A stretch of 64,000 nucleotides of DNA from positions 608,001 through 672,000 of the forward strand of contig CBDCNP010000002.1 of the NCBI GenBank assembly GCA_965219415.1. Direction: 5' to 3'. Shown here one piece after another: positions 1-7,915 of the stretch (position 1 is the first letter of the stretch; each line of letters begins with the position of its first letter). Source of the DNA: Candidatus Marinacidobacterales bacterium. Lineage in GTDB: Bacteria > Acidobacteriota > Vicinamibacteria > Marinacidobacterales > DATDRI01. Position numbers and translations under genes: made by a program. Below the pieces are notes generated by a model, which was not told the origin of the DNA, ran no database searches, and saw only the letters and a program-made list of their open reading frames with translations.

Positions 1-546
1 CAAGACCAAACGTTCGAAGACGTAGTTCATCAAGAAGAACGTCCGCTCGCCGGTCTCGACGTTCGCCTTGTATAGATCATAGTGATTGGCATCGCGCCCG
101 TTGATCCCGATCATGATCTCCGAGGGTCGTTTAGCGCTCATTTTCTCGACGCGAGCAACACCGAGTAGCTTGCTCACTGCATTCGCCACCGGCCGACGTT
201 CCGGCGCTCTTTTTGCATTGGAGAGGTTCCGGTCCTGTTTAGTAAATACATTCACCGAATGCACTTCCCTTTTCTCGTCACCGTCATAGTCCCGCACATA
301 GATGATGTGCTCGTGGGTGTAAGCCCAGAAGTGGTACCGAATTCCGGGCTTCCTGGTGGACGTGATGGCTCGGGCGGCTTCCAGGTCCTCGGCCGGCGCC
401 ACCCATATGTTCAGGACGCCGTCGACGGGCGCCAGGAAGCTTATGTGAGCGCCGTCTCGACTGAGGTCTACATCGGCCTTTTCCGGATTCCCGAAAAACA
501 CGCTCCGAGGAATCAGGGGATCCTGTCGCCTGTGACTCACCGTCAT
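1..546 (-). CDS. S9-family (prolyl oligopeptidase/acylaminoacyl peptidase-like) protein, N-terminal part; runs off the window
   Basis: Own translation of the minus strand from ATG at 546: MTVSHRRQDPLIPRSVFFGNPEKADVDLSRDGAHISFLAPVDGVLNIWVAP, a typical S9 beta-propeller N-terminus. Absent from the ORF track because no stop falls inside the window. Confidence 0.75.
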   Translation of the reverse strand, partial: MTVSHRRQDPLIPRSVFFGNPEKADVDLSRDGAHISFLAPVDGVLNIWVAPAEDLEAARAITSTRKPGIRYHFWAYTHEHIIYVRDYDGDEKREVHSVNVFTKQDRNLSNAKRAPERRPVANAVSKLLGVARVEKMSAKRPSEIMIGINGRDANHYDLYKANVETGERTFFLMNYVFERLVL

Positions 547-776
547 TTCGTCCCTCTTCTCGATTGGGCAGAAGTCAAGGGTAAAGTGGCGCCAAATCCC
601 GGCCGGCCGATTCCAAGCTACGGGGGCTGGTCCCGCTCGGCGCTATTCAATTTTTTTGGCTGTTCATCTAACTAATGCGGAAAGTTGGGTCCTTTTGGCT
701 CAACCAGAAGGGTTTTTTGAGGGGTCCGAAGGGGTTTTTCCCAACTGTTCGCCGAGGGGGGCCAGACGCGGCACTG

Positions 777-792
777 CGTGATCCGGATCACA
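777..792. promoter_or_regulatory. CRP/FNR-family-like binding site
   Basis: CGTGA-TCCGGA-TCACA, one mismatch to TGTGA-N6-TCACA, between divergent genes. Confidence 0.45.
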
Positions 793-955
793 CTTCCTGA
801 AAATCGGATTTTCTTCCATAATGGATTATGATAGGTTTACTGCGTGCTGTGACGGGAGTCGAAGACTCCGAGTGCGCCGTTCGCAGTTTCTACGAAGATC
901 CCGTCTACCCCAGACGCGCCGCACTCGTGGCCGGCCCCTCGAAGCCCTTTAAGCC

Positions 956-1555
956 GTGAGAACTCTTCTGGACGTAATCCAGGAGTGGGCCGCACTCAAC
1001 GACGCCAAGACGGTCGCGGGCGGCACGCTACCCCCCGCAGAAGAAAAACGCTGGGAAGATTTGAGGACGTTTTACGACTTTGTCATGGCGCAGGAAGGGC
1101 TTTGCGAAAAGCCAGCCAGTCGTTTCTCCGCCGACGACATCCGCAGCACGGTGACGACGCGGGATCGCCTTCGCGTGAACACCGACATGGAAATCGTTGT
1201 CATTAAGAACGGGACCGCCGAGCGCGCCCAAGTAAGAAACCTGAGCTGCGGAGGTGTGCTTCTGCTATGCGACACACCCTTCGATAAAGGACACGGACTC
1301 ACCGTCCAACTCGCCAGCGTCGCGAGGGGCGCGGGAATCCTGCCCGCGGAGAGTGAAGTGGTGTGGCTCGTCGATCAGGGGGTCTCCGACTTGTCGTTCC
1401 GCTACAAAATGGGGGCGCGTTTCCTCGACCTTGGGCACACCGAACGAACCAGCCTGGACTACTTCGTGGTGGACAGCCTCGAGAACAAGCTACTCTCGCT
1501 GCGCCGTGACGCATTGGACCCGGAGTTCCTTCGCCGAGAGCAGATCGTCCTGTAA
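956..1555 (+). CDS. PilZ domain protein (c-di-GMP binding)
   Basis: RDRLR (RxxxR) and NLSCGG (D/NxSxGG) motifs; MGARF C-terminal strand. Confidence 0.8.
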   Translation: MRTLLDVIQEWAALNDAKTVAGGTLPPAEEKRWEDLRTFYDFVMAQEGLCEKPASRFSADDIRSTVTTRDRLRVNTDMEIVVIKNGTAERAQVRNLSCGGVLLLCDTPFDKGHGLTVQLASVARGAGILPAESEVVWLVDQGVSDLSFRYKMGARFLDLGHTERTSLDYFVVDSLENKLLSLRRDALDPEFLRREQIVL

Positions 1556-1601
1556 GAACTTCCTCCTGGACGTCGAGTCCTCACCTGCTAAACTCCTCGC
1601 G

Positions 1602-2072
1602 ATGTCGCCTTTCTTGGGTGGAAAAGGGCTCGCCTGGGCAAAGCAGAACCTGCCACGGATTCCGCTTCTCGTAAACCTCGCTTGGGGCCTCCTCCGGGAT
1701 CCGAGGGTTCCGGTGTCCCTCAAGGCAGTCCTATTGGGAGTGCTCGCCTATGTGGCGAGCCCGCTGGACCTCATCCCGGATTTCATCCCGGTCCTAGGTC
1801 GAGTCGACGATCTACTGGTCCTGCTCGCGGCCATGGAAATGTTCACTCGGTTGGCTCCGCCCGAAGTCGTTGCCGAGATCGAAGAGAAGTACCGGGAAGG
1901 TCACGGCCCCCTCCGCACCGACTTGGAAGCCGCCGAGAAACACCTGGGGCGGCTTTGGACCTGGGCGGTCCCGAAGGTCGAGCGGCTTGCCCAGAAGTAC
2001 AAGAAGCGGGTGGACAACGAGGCCTTCGTTCGCGACGTCAAAGGAAAAACCCCTCCGCCGCCCAGCGCCTAA
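1602..2072 (+). CDS. YkvA/DUF1232 family membrane protein
   Basis: LAYVASPLDLIPDFIPVLGRVDD signature; ATG at 1602 inside ORF 1254..2072. Confidence 0.85.
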   Translation: MSPFLGGKGLAWAKQNLPRIPLLVNLAWGLLRDPRVPVSLKAVLLGVLAYVASPLDLIPDFIPVLGRVDDLLVLLAAMEMFTRLAPPEVVAEIEEKYREGHGPLRTDLEAAEKHLGRLWTWAVPKVERLAQKYKKRVDNEAFVRDVKGKTPPPPSA

Positions 2073-2076
2073 TTCC

Positions 2077-2105
2077 TTGCCTCATCTCTGAGGCCGCGTT
2101 ACAAT
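2077..2105 (+). promoter_or_regulatory. sigma70-like promoter upstream of the ccoN-like gene
   Basis: TTGCCT (2077-2082), 17-nt spacer, TACAAT (2100-2105). Confidence 0.5.
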
Positions 2106-2131
2106 CCTCGCCGCTTTTGACACCTTCGAGA

Positions 2132-3508
2132 ATGTTCAGAATGGCAAGTAACGAGCCCGGAAGCGCGAGCCTTCGCTTCTGCTACGCGTCGGTCTTTTGG
2201 CTGATCGTGCCGGGCGTTTTCGGCCTGATTCTAGCCACTTTCTTGTACGTCCCAGCCCTGGCCGACCAGCTCCCTCTCTCCATCAAGCCGTACTTGAGCT
2301 TCGGCCGGCTGAGACCGGCTCACGTGAACCTCGCGATCTTCGGTTGGCTCTCGCAGGTCTATTATGCCGGCATCCTCTTCATTATCCCTCGGCTCCTCCG
2401 CACCGAGCTCTACAGCGAGCGGCTCGCCAACGTGAACTGGTGCCTCTGGAATCTCATGGTCGCCGCGACGCTTATCACTCTTCCGATGGGACACACCCAA
2501 GGCCGCGAGTACGCGGAGATGATATGGCCGCTCGATCTGCTGTTCATTCTGAACATCGTGCTGTTGGCGATCAACATCTGGGGAACCGTTTCCCGCCGGC
2601 GCGAGCCCAAGATCTACGTGAGCGTCTGGAACTTCATGGCGGCAACGATGGTCATGGTGCCCATCTACGCGGTCGGCAACAAGATTTGGGATCCCTCCGG
2701 TGCCTACTACGGCATGAACGACAACATCGTGAACTACTTCTATGTTCACAATCTATTCAACGCATGGTTTACGACCGCGGGGATCGGGCTGGCTCTTTAT
2801 CTTCTGCCGAAGCTCACCGGAAAAGCGCTCTACAGTCACCGCCTAGGACTCTGGGGACTCTGGAGCGTCTGGACCGGACAACATCACCAACTCTACAGCC
2901 CGGCGCCCGATTGGTTGGAGTACCTCACCATCGTCTTCAGCATTCTGGCAGCCGTGCCGACGACGGCGTTCATGGTCAACTTCTTCATGACCATGCGCAC
3001 ACGCTGGCACCTCGCCGCTCAAGACGTCGCGCTTCGTTTCTTTGCGACCGGAGCGATCTTCTGGGGGCTCACCTGCGTGCAAGGCATCTCTCACTCGTTT
3101 CGAACTTTTTCGATGGTCGTGCATTTTACGAACTGGGTGGTTGGACACTCGCACCTTGCCTTTATGGCGGCCTACAGTTTTTGGGCTTTCGCACTCATCT
3201 ATCTGATCGTGCCGACACTCAGCGGCCGAAACATCTACAGCAAGAAACTGATGGAGTGGCACTATTGGCTGACCACGCTCGGCATGTTGATCTTCATGAT
3301 CTCGATGTGGGTGGCGGGGCTCATCCAAGGACAAAACTGGTCTTCTTATACGATCCCGTTCCTGCAAACCGTGATATCGATGAAACCTTACTTCGGGGCT
3401 CGCCTTATTGGGGGCGCCATCGCCGGCATCGGGATCGGTTGCTTCGCGTGGAATATCTGGCGGACGGCGCGCAGCGGAACCCGTATTGCAAATGAGAGTA
3501 GACAATGA
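2132..3508 (+). CDS. ccoN: cbb3-type (C-family) heme-copper oxidoreductase subunit I-like, non-canonical active site
   Basis: FGRLRPAHVN, GREYAE, IYVSVW, YVHN, GQHH and GHSH motifs; about 12 TM segments; helix-VII Tyr absent. ATG at 2132 or 2141. Confidence 0.9.
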   Translation: MFRMASNEPGSASLRFCYASVFWLIVPGVFGLILATFLYVPALADQLPLSIKPYLSFGRLRPAHVNLAIFGWLSQVYYAGILFIIPRLLRTELYSERLANVNWCLWNLMVAATLITLPMGHTQGREYAEMIWPLDLLFILNIVLLAINIWGTVSRRREPKIYVSVWNFMAATMVMVPIYAVGNKIWDPSGAYYGMNDNIVNYFYVHNLFNAWFTTAGIGLALYLLPKLTGKALYSHRLGLWGLWSVWTGQHHQLYSPAPDWLEYLTIVFSILAAVPTTAFMVNFFMTMRTRWHLAAQDVALRFFATGAIFWGLTCVQGISHSFRTFSMVVHFTNWVVGHSHLAFMAAYSFWAFALIYLIVPTLSGRNIYSKKLMEWHYWLTTLGMLIFMISMWVAGLIQGQNWSSYTIPFLQTVISMKPYFGARLIGGAIAGIGIGCFAWNIWRTARSGTRIANESRQ

Positions 3509-3990
3509 GACCTAACCTGGTCTACCTTATCGGCGGCTCCCTGATCAGCTTGTTGCTCGGGATTATCGTCACCATTATTATCCCTGCGCAGGATCCGATC
3601 GGGCCTTCGCCGTTGGCCCAATCCTATTCCGAAGAAGAATTGAGGGGGCGTGATATCTATCTACGTGAGGGGTGCCATTACTGCCATACCCAGCAAGTCC
3701 GTGAGCCCGAGGCGGATCGTGGGATGGTGCGCCAGCGAGGCGATATCGGACCCGAGTCCGTACCGGGAGATTTCTACTATCAGTCCCCGGTTTTCTGGGG
3801 CACCCTCCGCCAGGGCATGGACTTGGCTCACGTCGCCTCCCGGAAGGGTATCGGAGACAACGTGGGCTGGCATGAGGACCACTTCAAAAACCCCCGGGCG
3901 TGGTCGCCCGGAACGGTCATGCCGTCCTATGACTATCTGTCTGCGGAAGAGATTCAGGCGCTCACCGCATATATATTGACGTTGAGGTAG
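3505..3990 (+). CDS. ccoO: cbb3-type subunit II (monoheme cytochrome c)
   Basis: GRDIYLREGCHYCHTQQVR, GMDLAHV, WHEDHFKNPR, PGTVMPSY; ATGA overlap with ccoN. Confidence 0.9.
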   Translation: MRPNLVYLIGGSLISLLLGIIVTIIIPAQDPIGPSPLAQSYSEEELRGRDIYLREGCHYCHTQQVREPEADRGMVRQRGDIGPESVPGDFYYQSPVFWGTLRQGMDLAHVASRKGIGDNVGWHEDHFKNPRAWSPGTVMPSYDYLSAEEIQALTAYILTLR

Positions 3991-3994
3991 GTCT

Positions 3995-4156
3995 ATGGTG
4001 TTCCCCGCAACTTGGCTGGTGCTGGCGACGGTAGCCATCATCTTGGTGCTCTTCGGCCTCGGGTACTACTGGGCGCGGAGCCACGGGCAGTTCGACGACA
4101 TCGAGATGGCGAAGTACTCCATGCTCGATAACGACAAGACCAACGATGAGCACTAA
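3995..4156 (+). CDS. ccoS: cbb3-type oxidase maturation protein CcoS/FixS (53 aa)
   Basis: Own translation MVFPATWLVLATVAIILVLFGLGYYWARSHGQFDDIEMAKYSMLDNDKTNDEH: TM helix followed by WAxxxGQFDD. Below the ORF-track size cutoff. Confidence 0.85.
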   Translation: MVFPATWLVLATVAIILVLFGLGYYWARSHGQFDDIEMAKYSMLDNDKTNDEH

Positions 4157-4397
4157 AGGAGCGCGGGAAGTACCGCCGGGCCACGACGATTTCGGGGGTG
4201 AGGTGCTGGTCGCCAACGGAAAACCGCCGCGTTGGGTGACCAAGGTTCCCTATCTGGCAATGGCGTTGGCGCTCGGGTACTACGCGCTGGTCCAGGCCAC
4301 CGATCCGGTAAACCTGGTCTTTGCGTCACTGTTCGTGATTTGGTTTCTCTACACACCCATTGCCCAGAAGAAGGGCTGGTTTTTCATCCCGATGTGA
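4146..4397 (+). CDS. small membrane protein resembling the CcoP/FixP N-terminal region, no heme motif
   Basis: GHDDFGGEVLVANGKPPRW resembles GHxxDGIxExxNPxPxWW; two TM helices; overlaps the ccoS stop. Confidence 0.55.
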   Translation: MSTKGAREVPPGHDDFGGEVLVANGKPPRWVTKVPYLAMALALGYYALVQATDPVNLVFASLFVIWFLYTPIAQKKGWFFIPM

Positions 4398-4493
4398 CAT
4401 GCCGAGGGGAGGTGACATCGATCAAATAGATTGAACAACTGCTTAGTGTGTCTCATCTTTTTTCAATTCACGCATTGAACTTGGAGGAAAGAA

Positions 4494-4928
4494 ATGGCCG
4501 ACAGAGCCGAACAAGCAAACAAGTATATGGAAGAGAAGATGTTCTTCACTCCCCGCATGTTCAAAGTAACCAACACGCTGGCACCGGAAGTCGGGGAGCG
4601 CTTCGCCGATTTTTACGAGTCGGTGTGGGCGGACGGCAACCTGCCCCGCAAGATCAAAGAGCTAATGTTCGTCTCCATTGGCGTGGCTTACATGTCGCCA
4701 CGCTGCATCATCCACGTTCAGCCCGCCATCAAGGCCGGTGCCACGGACGGCGAGATCTTCGAGTCAGTGTCGGTCGGTATGCTGGCGGCTGGGTTCGTGC
4801 CCGGCGGACCAGGCATCCCCTATGCCTTCGAATATGCCGCCAAGACGCTGGACATTGCAGCCAAGATCCGTAAGGGCGAAGACTTCGAGTATCTCCCTGG
4901 ACCCAAGTTCGACAAGGGCGTCGGCTAA
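4494..4928 (+). CDS. carboxymuconolactone decarboxylase/AhpD family protein
   Basis: LPRKIKELMFVSIGVAYMSPRCIIHVQPAIKAGATDGEIFE; GGAGG RBS. Confidence 0.85.
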   Translation: MADRAEQANKYMEEKMFFTPRMFKVTNTLAPEVGERFADFYESVWADGNLPRKIKELMFVSIGVAYMSPRCIIHVQPAIKAGATDGEIFESVSVGMLAAGFVPGGPGIPYAFEYAAKTLDIAAKIRKGEDFEYLPGPKFDKGVG

Positions 4929-4944
4929 GGACAACCGTCTCTGC

Positions 4945-4990
4945 GCAGACGGGGGTCGGACAAACTTAGGGCTCCCGTCTGCTTTCTCTT
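4945..4990 (+). terminator. intrinsic terminator-like hairpin after the CMD gene
   Basis: GCAGACGGG (4945-4953) pairs with CCCGTCTGC (4974-4982), followed by TTTCTCTT. Confidence 0.45.
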
Positions 4991-5007
4991 CTAAGACAGA
5001 ACAACAC

Positions 5008-5814
5008 ATGAGTGAGCAGAAATTTCCTAATGACGGTCTTCTGGTCGGCTCCGCCTGGCTGGCCGACCATTTGAACGATGCGGATTTGCGACTGGTGGAA
5101 GTGACGGCGCCCGGTGCCGGATACAAGTTCGGGCATGTCGCAGGCGCCGTCTATCTGAATCTCGACGATGTGTTGACCGGGAAAGCCACCGGCGTCGAGC
5201 GAACGGTGGGCCCCATCGAAGAAGTGGCCGCCCTCCTTGGCCGACTGGGCCTTTCCCGAGACAAGACGATCGTCGTCTACGACGAGTTCGGGGGTACCCG
5301 GGCCTCACAAGCTTTTTGGCTTCTCGAGTACTTGGGCTGTGAGCAGGTGCATTCACTGGAAGGCGGCATCGAACGCTGGCTCGCCGAAAACCGCCCGACG
5401 ACGAGCGAGGCGCCCGATGTCCGAGAGGCGACCTTTACTCCCGCGATTCGTGAAGAGCGTCTCGCAACCGCGGATTGGATCTTGGATCGCCTAGAGAATT
5501 CCGATGTATCGGTCATCGACGCTCGCTCACCCGAGGAGTACGAAGACGGCCATATCCCGGGGGCCAGGAATCGATCCTGGGACAAGACTTTAGCGCGAAA
5601 AGCCTACCAGGCCTTTCGATCGCCCGAAGACCTAAAACGTGAATTCTCCGAGCTGGGTGCAAGCGAAGACAAAGAGATCGTCGCCTACTGCATGACGGGC
5701 GCGCGCTCCTCACACATCTACCTCGCTTTGCGTCTGTTGGGTTACACTCGGGTCCGGAATTATGACGGGTCCTGGACGGAATGGGGGTCCAGACGGGACC
5801 TACCAAAGGCCTGA
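5008..5814 (+). CDS. two-domain rhodanese (thiosulfate/3-mercaptopyruvate sulfurtransferase family)
   Basis: GHVAGA and GHIPGA domain signatures, active-site YCMTGARS, C-terminal YDGSWTEW. Confidence 0.9.
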   Translation: MSEQKFPNDGLLVGSAWLADHLNDADLRLVEVTAPGAGYKFGHVAGAVYLNLDDVLTGKATGVERTVGPIEEVAALLGRLGLSRDKTIVVYDEFGGTRASQAFWLLEYLGCEQVHSLEGGIERWLAENRPTTSEAPDVREATFTPAIREERLATADWILDRLENSDVSVIDARSPEEYEDGHIPGARNRSWDKTLARKAYQAFRSPEDLKREFSELGASEDKEIVAYCMTGARSSHIYLALRLLGYTRVRNYDGSWTEWGSRRDLPKA

Positions 5815-5892
5815 CAAGCCTGAAAGGCCTGACAGAGCTGACGCGTAACCGCGTTGCAAGGCCGGTAATTTCATCTTAGGAGGATTAGGAAA

Positions 5893-7065
5893 ATGGCTAC
5901 CAGTCAACTACCGCTGTTCCCGGTTACCGTCGTGGGCAGCTGGCCGAGACCCCAGTATCTCTTGGACGCGCTCAGGAAGCGCCAAAAGGGGAAGCTGAGC
6001 TTCGAAGAGTTTCAGAAAGTCGCCGACAAGGCGGTGTTGGAGCAGCTACGCTACCAAGACGAAGCGGGCGTCGACATTGTCAGCGATGGCGAGCAACGCC
6101 GAGACAATTTCTACTCGTTCGTCGTAGAGAAGCTGGACGGCGTCGAGCTGATGACCTTGGCGGATCTCATGGACCACGTCGAGGACAAAGCGGGGTTCGA
6201 CTCCATCCTGCGCAGCATGGACGCTCCGGCCTTCGGTATCAAGAACCCGACGGTAACCGGAAAGATAAAACCCAAGATGTCGCTGTCGCTCGACGAGTAC
6301 GAGTTCCTGAAACAGCATACCGACAAGCCCATCAAAATTCCCCTCCCTGGCCCATACATCTTGATCCGATCCATGTGGGTCAAAGGCGTCTCGGACAAGA
6401 TCTACCCCACCCAGGAAGATCTGGCCGTGGATATCGTCAAAATTCTTCGTGACGAGCTCATCGCCCTTCGTGATGCCGGAGTCGACTTCGTGCAATTCGA
6501 CGAACCCGTGCTCACCGACGTCGCTTTCAACCCTGCGGTGAAGGAACGCACGTTCATGTGCGCCTCGATGGCGGCGTCCTCGGGTGATCCGACCAAAGAG
6601 CTCCTGCTGGCGACGCGCATGATGAACAGTATCGTCGACGGCGTCGATGGCATCCGCACCGGCGTCCACGTGTGCCGTGGTAACTGGAGCCGCAAGGACG
6701 AGGTGTTGCTCAAGGGAAGCTATGAGCCGCTGGTCCCGACCATGATGGGGATGCATCTCGATCAGCTCGTCCTCGAGTACGCAACACCGCGTGCCGGTGA
6801 GCTCGCGGCCTTCTCGCACCATCCCAAGGAAAAGGAGATCGGACTGGGCGTTGTCAATCCTCGAACCGACGAGATGGAGTCGCCGGACTCGGTGGTCGAG
6901 CGAGTCAACGAGGCCCTGAAGTACTTCAAGCCCGAGCAGATTTATCTCAACCCCGATTGCGGTTTCGGAACCTTCGCCGAGCGGCCGATGAATCCTGCAG
7001 GGATCGCGGGAAAGAAATTGGCCGTCATCGGTGAGGCGGCCAAGAAGCTCCGTGCAAGCCACTAG
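5893..7065 (+). CDS. cobalamin-independent methionine synthase (MetE catalytic-domain) family Zn enzyme; candidate thiol alkyl/methyl transferase
   Basis: VVGSWPRP, SDGEQRR, QFDEP, Zn ligands HVC...E...NPDCG; 390 aa, single barrel only. Confidence 0.85.
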   Translation: MATSQLPLFPVTVVGSWPRPQYLLDALRKRQKGKLSFEEFQKVADKAVLEQLRYQDEAGVDIVSDGEQRRDNFYSFVVEKLDGVELMTLADLMDHVEDKAGFDSILRSMDAPAFGIKNPTVTGKIKPKMSLSLDEYEFLKQHTDKPIKIPLPGPYILIRSMWVKGVSDKIYPTQEDLAVDIVKILRDELIALRDAGVDFVQFDEPVLTDVAFNPAVKERTFMCASMAASSGDPTKELLLATRMMNSIVDGVDGIRTGVHVCRGNWSRKDEVLLKGSYEPLVPTMMGMHLDQLVLEYATPRAGELAAFSHHPKEKEIGLGVVNPRTDEMESPDSVVERVNEALKYFKPEQIYLNPDCGFGTFAERPMNPAGIAGKKLAVIGEAAKKLRASH

Positions 7066-7315
7066 CAGGGTGCTGAAAAATTCGCGGCACACTGCGCGAG
7101 GAGCCATCAGCTGTCCCGAAGCCGCTTGCCAGAAGGAACGGGGGGGGCCCCGCCGCACTGATGAAGGAGCGAACCCGCGTGGGCCGTCAAACTAGGTCGT
7201 TGCTGAAACTGGACGTGACCAGGCGGCGGGCCGATGAAAGTTCGCCGAGCGAAGAGCGAGGCGCCAAGCGCGCGAACGAGGAGTGAGCGCGCATTGAGCA
7301 TAGGATGAAAGAGTT

Positions 7316-7843
7316 ATGGAAGAATCGACCAAAATTAACGGGTTGGACATTGAGGAGACCCGGGAAGCCATCAAGACCGTAAGCGCCGTGGAGGGGGCAC
7401 CGAAGGCCCCCAAGAAATCACGGTGCAAATGGTTGACCGGTCTCAAATTCAGGACCTACGTACGGAACCACGTCTTCCTCGTCGATGAGCCCGCACACCT
7501 CGCGGGCGAGGATGAAAGCCCTAACTCGATGGAGTATGTGCTGGGAGCCTACGCCGCGTGTTTGGCCACCGGCTTCGTTCTCAACGCCAGCCAGAAGGGT
7601 ATCGAAATCCACAACCTCGAAGTGGCCGTGGACTCGACTCAGAACAACGTATTCACGTTTCTGGGTCTGGGGGGCGAAGGACACGCCGGGTTCGACACTA
7701 TCAACGCCAAGCTCTTCGTTCAGGCCGATGCGGACGAGGCCACGCTAAAAGACGTTTGGGCCCAGACCGTGGACACCTCTCCGGTGCACAACTCTCTGGC
7801 CCGGCCGGTGACCATCAATCCTGAGGTCGAGATCATTCCGTAG
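7316..7843 (+). CDS. OsmC/Ohr family protein
   Basis: DEPAHLAGEDESPNSMEYVLGAYAACL; the second Cys position reads SPV. Confidence 0.85.
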   Translation: MEESTKINGLDIEETREAIKTVSAVEGAPKAPKKSRCKWLTGLKFRTYVRNHVFLVDEPAHLAGEDESPNSMEYVLGAYAACLATGFVLNASQKGIEIHNLEVAVDSTQNNVFTFLGLGGEGHAGFDTINAKLFVQADADEATLKDVWAQTVDTSPVHNSLARPVTINPEVEIIP

Positions 7844-7915
7844 CTCCTAGGTCAGATTTCGGATCGCCGCCTGGCCTGCCTCGGACCCCCAAGGTCTGGT
7901 CTGCCTGACCCGAAA

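Noticed and set aside
2197-3495. 432-aa alternative-frame ORF overlapping ccoN
   Set aside because: Arg/Pro-rich, motif-free frame typical of GC-biased codon usage.
5893-7065. Calling this metE, or the known epoxyalkane:CoM transferase (xecA/etnE)
   Set aside because: It is only half the length of MetE and not recognisably in the XecA clade; left at family level.
6046-7158. Long antisense ORFs (also 18414-19946, 13030-13902, 42975-43835, 53053-54033, 57008-58033)
   Set aside because: Shadow frames of well-supported genes in high-GC DNA, with no motifs.
7062-7300. CTAGCAGGGTGCTGAAAAA resembling an IS/MITE end after the MetE-like gene
   Set aside because: No matching inverted partner or transposase found nearby.
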